A stretch of DNA of 63,420 nt, filler included, from Olpidium bornovanus S191 (lineage: Eukaryota; Fungi; Olpidiomycota): assembly GCA_017911155.1 (NCBI GenBank). It is 32 parts of 32 records of this genome, joined end to end, with 100 filler letters (N's around TTAATTAATTAA, not from the genome) between each part and the next. Parts side by side here need not be neighbours in the genome. Positions count along the whole stretch, not along the records: positions 60,169 to 62,187 come from JAEFCI010010862.1; positions 62,288 to 63,420 come from JAEFCI010010406.1; 30 more parts are not named here. One strand, 5' to 3'. Positions 60,641-63,420 of this stretch are shown in pieces; positions within the stretch are counted from its first letter, which is position 1; every line of letters begins with the position of its first letter. Below the pieces are notes generated by a model. The model was not told where the DNA came from. It worked only from the letters and a program-made list of their open reading frames with translations, and did no database searches. A program made the position numbers and the translations under genes.

Positions 60641-61320
60641 TTTTCACCGTGGCCCTGCCATCCTGCTTCCTCAGATGTGTTGTCCGTGCTGTCGCATTCC
60701 ACATAGCAACTGTACTCCATCGCCAGCTTCAGCTCCTCCTGCAGCAGCTGGAATGCATCGTGGTTAACGCCGCGGCTGCCGGCCTCTCAATTGGCATCTG
60801 ACGATGGCATCCGTGACGGCGGCAAGCACCGTAAGCAGTTGTCAGCGATTGTTTCTTGCGCGCCGAACCATTGCACCTACGGCGTTTCGCTGCCAGCCAC
60901 GCGAAACACAGCCGGCGCAGTTTCTTCAGGCTCCAACCAACGGCCCAAAGTTCGCCGCGTCGACAGCAGCAGCCTCCCTGCCTGGCTAACTCATGAAGAA
61001 GCAACTAGGAAAAGAGGGGGATGGTTATCGACTCCAGTGTGCCCTATGAGCAGCTTCTGCGCGTGTGAATCCCCCCGTTTACAGTCCGGCACTTGAGATT
61101 TCTCCAAAATAACAAATGCGGTGGCCGAATCAAATCTTGTCCAAATCTCAGTAATGAAACAAATAAAAAAAAGCTTCCTCCTGGCCTCTTGACCGCCGCC
61201 CCTCTCGCCCTCGACGCCCGCGCCCGCGCCCGCGCCCACGCCCACGCCACGTCCACACCAACGCCGACGCCACACCACGACGGCCACCACGCCCACAACG
61301 TCCGCAGAGGCGCCGACATC

Positions 61321-62187
61321 ATGGGCAAGCTGCAACGAAGGAACAGAGCCTTCGCGACGCGTTCGCGAGGAGGGTGAACCCCATGGGGGTCGTGCTCACA
61401 CCCGCTCCGGGGGCCGTCCAGGGACTACCGGAGGGCGAAGGAGGGCCCGCCGCTGCCGTCGCCGCTGGTGCCGACACCTCGGTCTTGCCCGTCGTGAGGA
61501 AACTCCGCTCCGCCGACGGTACCGACCGGGCTTGGGCTTGCTTGCTGCTCGACAACGGCCTTTTTGCCGGCGCTGGTCGATCGCCTCACCGACAGCGTGA
61601 GAGAAGTCGTTCTAGAGGCGGCCGGGGCCTTAAGAAACCTAACCGTATTCGCCGGAGACGCCGTGTGCAGGGAGCTGTACGAGAAGGACGCTCTGACGCC
61701 GCTGTTAGCTCAAGTTGAGAGGGGCATGGCTGTGGTCCAGGGAAAGGCCGTTTCTGTTTTGACGCTGCGGGCTGCACCGGCCGCTGATTATTTGTTAAGA
61801 GAGGTCGAGTTGCCTTCGTTGAAGTCGGACGACGTGCCACATCTGCCAGGCGTCGGCCGTCATTGAGCGGATCGTGAAGAACGTACCGGTCGACCCGCAG
61901 AACAAGGAGGAAACATCGGAGCGTATTGATCTGATGGAGCAGGCCGTCGCCGTCATATGGGCACTGATGTATGTTCGGACCGTTAGTGCTTTTCGTTGCG
62001 ACAACTTTCAACCGTTCATCACGTCCAACGCGTTGATTTTGATGGCAGCGAAGTTTCAGAGAAGGCCATGAAGACGGTCACTAATTCTCAACTGGTGGGA
62101 ACTCTCTTGACGTTGCTGGACACTGCCATCGGTAACATTATACCCTCCAAGCTTACCGTTCTGTCCGGTGAGTAATGCTAAGTTGCC
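61321..62187 (+). CDS. HEATR3: HEATR3/Syo1 ribosomal-protein import adaptor, 5' part, with two frameshifts
   Basis: MGKLQRRNR..NPMG, VLPVVRKLRSADGTDRAWAC, LVDRLTDSVREVVLEAAGALRNL, DALTPL, EQAVAVIWAL. Confidence 0.75.
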
Positions 62188-63206
62188 NNNNNNNNNNNNN
62201 NNNNNNNNNNNNNNNNNNNNNNNNNNNNNNNTTAATTAATTAANNNNNNNNNNNNNNNNNNNNNNNNNNNNNNNNNNNNNNNNNNNNCTCCACGAAGTAG
62301 AACGTATCTGCGACGCGTGCTTCCGACGCCATACGCAGTCTCCTTGCTGGGAATCTCGCGCTAACAACTTTAGCGAAACAAGCCGCCCCCGTCCGGAGGA
62401 CAACATGTATGCAACGCGCCTTTGGCGTTGTGGAGAAAAAGCGAGGAGAGGCAGAGGCAACGCGTATTGCGCCGTGTCCCCCCCCCCCCCTTCCCCCTCA
62501 CCCCACCCCAAGGTTAGGGCAAAGAAATTATGCCTTTTCGCATTCCCCCCCCCCCCCCGTCCCGTCCGTCGTAAGCAAATGGGCTCTCTTTATGGACGTA
62601 TAGCGAAAGAGAGACAGACACGGTTCGGGACATCGCATAGTGCGCTTGGCGAGTTTAGACAGGTAGAGGCAGTAACAATCGATGGGCTGGGGTAAAGGTA
62701 AATTAGAAGGTAAAAAGAATTTGCGCAAAACGAAACGCACATTGGAGTAGCCACGTTTTGCAAACGCACCGCTTTCCGCACGCTTTTCAAACAACGACGC
62801 TAATACCGTCAACTATCACTGTTGGTACAGAGCGTTCGACGAAAAGTATCACCCGCATTGTATTCTAATGGATCCATGCTTGGATGCTTTGACGTCAGCT
62901 ATGAGCGTGTGCTTGTAGGCGGCACGGCTCAGTCGGGAAAGCAACTTTTATTTTGGTCGAGAAAGCGCACGTAGAACCGGCCGCCACAAATATAAGTTCT
63001 ATAAAAGCGTAACGTGCACGCTTTTCTGGAGGTGTGCCGCGCCCGCCGATCCTGGTTTCGCAGCGAAAATACAACCCTTCGCCCTCACTCCCCCTTCCCC
63101 CGCTCGCTCATTGTCGCAGCCGCCTTTTTGAGTGCGCGGCGCTAACCGCTGCCGCCGCTTGCTGCCGCCGAGAGCGTAAAAAATCGGAAACGTCTCGAAA
63201 CTTGAG

Positions 63207-63384
63207 TGATGAGTCGATTCCGCTGTCTGTTGTTCAGTCTACCTATTTCGTTTACAAGCACGCCGCGCACGCATTTCCACTTCCGCCCCCTTCTCTGTTC
63301 ATGAATGATGAGTCGATTCCGCTGTCTGTTGTTCAGTCTACCATTTCGTTTACAAGCACGCCGCGCACGCATTTCCACTTCCGC
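63207..63384. repeat. Near-perfect ~80-bp direct duplication
   Basis: TGATGAGTCGATTCCGCTG...CATTTCCACTTCCGC at 63207-63286 and 63306-63384, with one 1-nt indel. Confidence 0.97.
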
Positions 63385-63420
63385 GTAAAATAAAGCGGCT
63401 AATCGCGGTGTCTCAAATCC

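Overview
This is not one continuous locus. It is 32 short contigs (about 1-3.7 kb each) joined by 31 identical 100-nt artificial spacers (44 N + TTAATTAATTAA + 44 N). The DNA is GC-rich, intron-containing, gene-dense and eukaryotic. Flagellar genes (IFT140, a CFAP92/KIAA1257-like gene), a chitin deacetylase and fungal-type HIS1 and enolase point to a zoosporic early-diverging fungus. The fragmented, homopolymer-rich style suggests an Olpidium/chytrid-like draft genome, but that is a guess. Most contigs carry one or two partial housekeeping genes: a Ca2+/cation exchanger, cyclophilin, kinase, ABCB transporter, MCCC2, IFT140, enolase, ankyrin protein, Nudix protein, PEX12, TMEM256, PEX22-like, HIS1, PDX1, WDR44, COA6, PSMG4, NUP188 and HEATR3/SYO1. 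There are also retrotransposon relics and several tandem repeats. I saw no rRNA, tRNA, CRISPR array, telomere tract or clear viral gene. The strongest second-look items are: (1) a gene fusing SH3/Tudor-like, SAM-methyltransferase, CCCH and CCHC domains; (2) a non-coding contig with a 37-bp tandem array that can fold into two alternative hairpins; (3) repeated AAG 3' splice sites, three of them after A-rich rather than pyrimidine tracts; (4) an intact Nudix ORF that appears catalytically dead; (5) a large excess of CATG at contig ends, probably from library preparation, which also warns of chimeras; (6) several conserved genes with in-frame stops, compensating frameshifts or an apparently inverted exon. 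All family assignments come from recognising motifs by eye and need HMM/BLAST confirmation.
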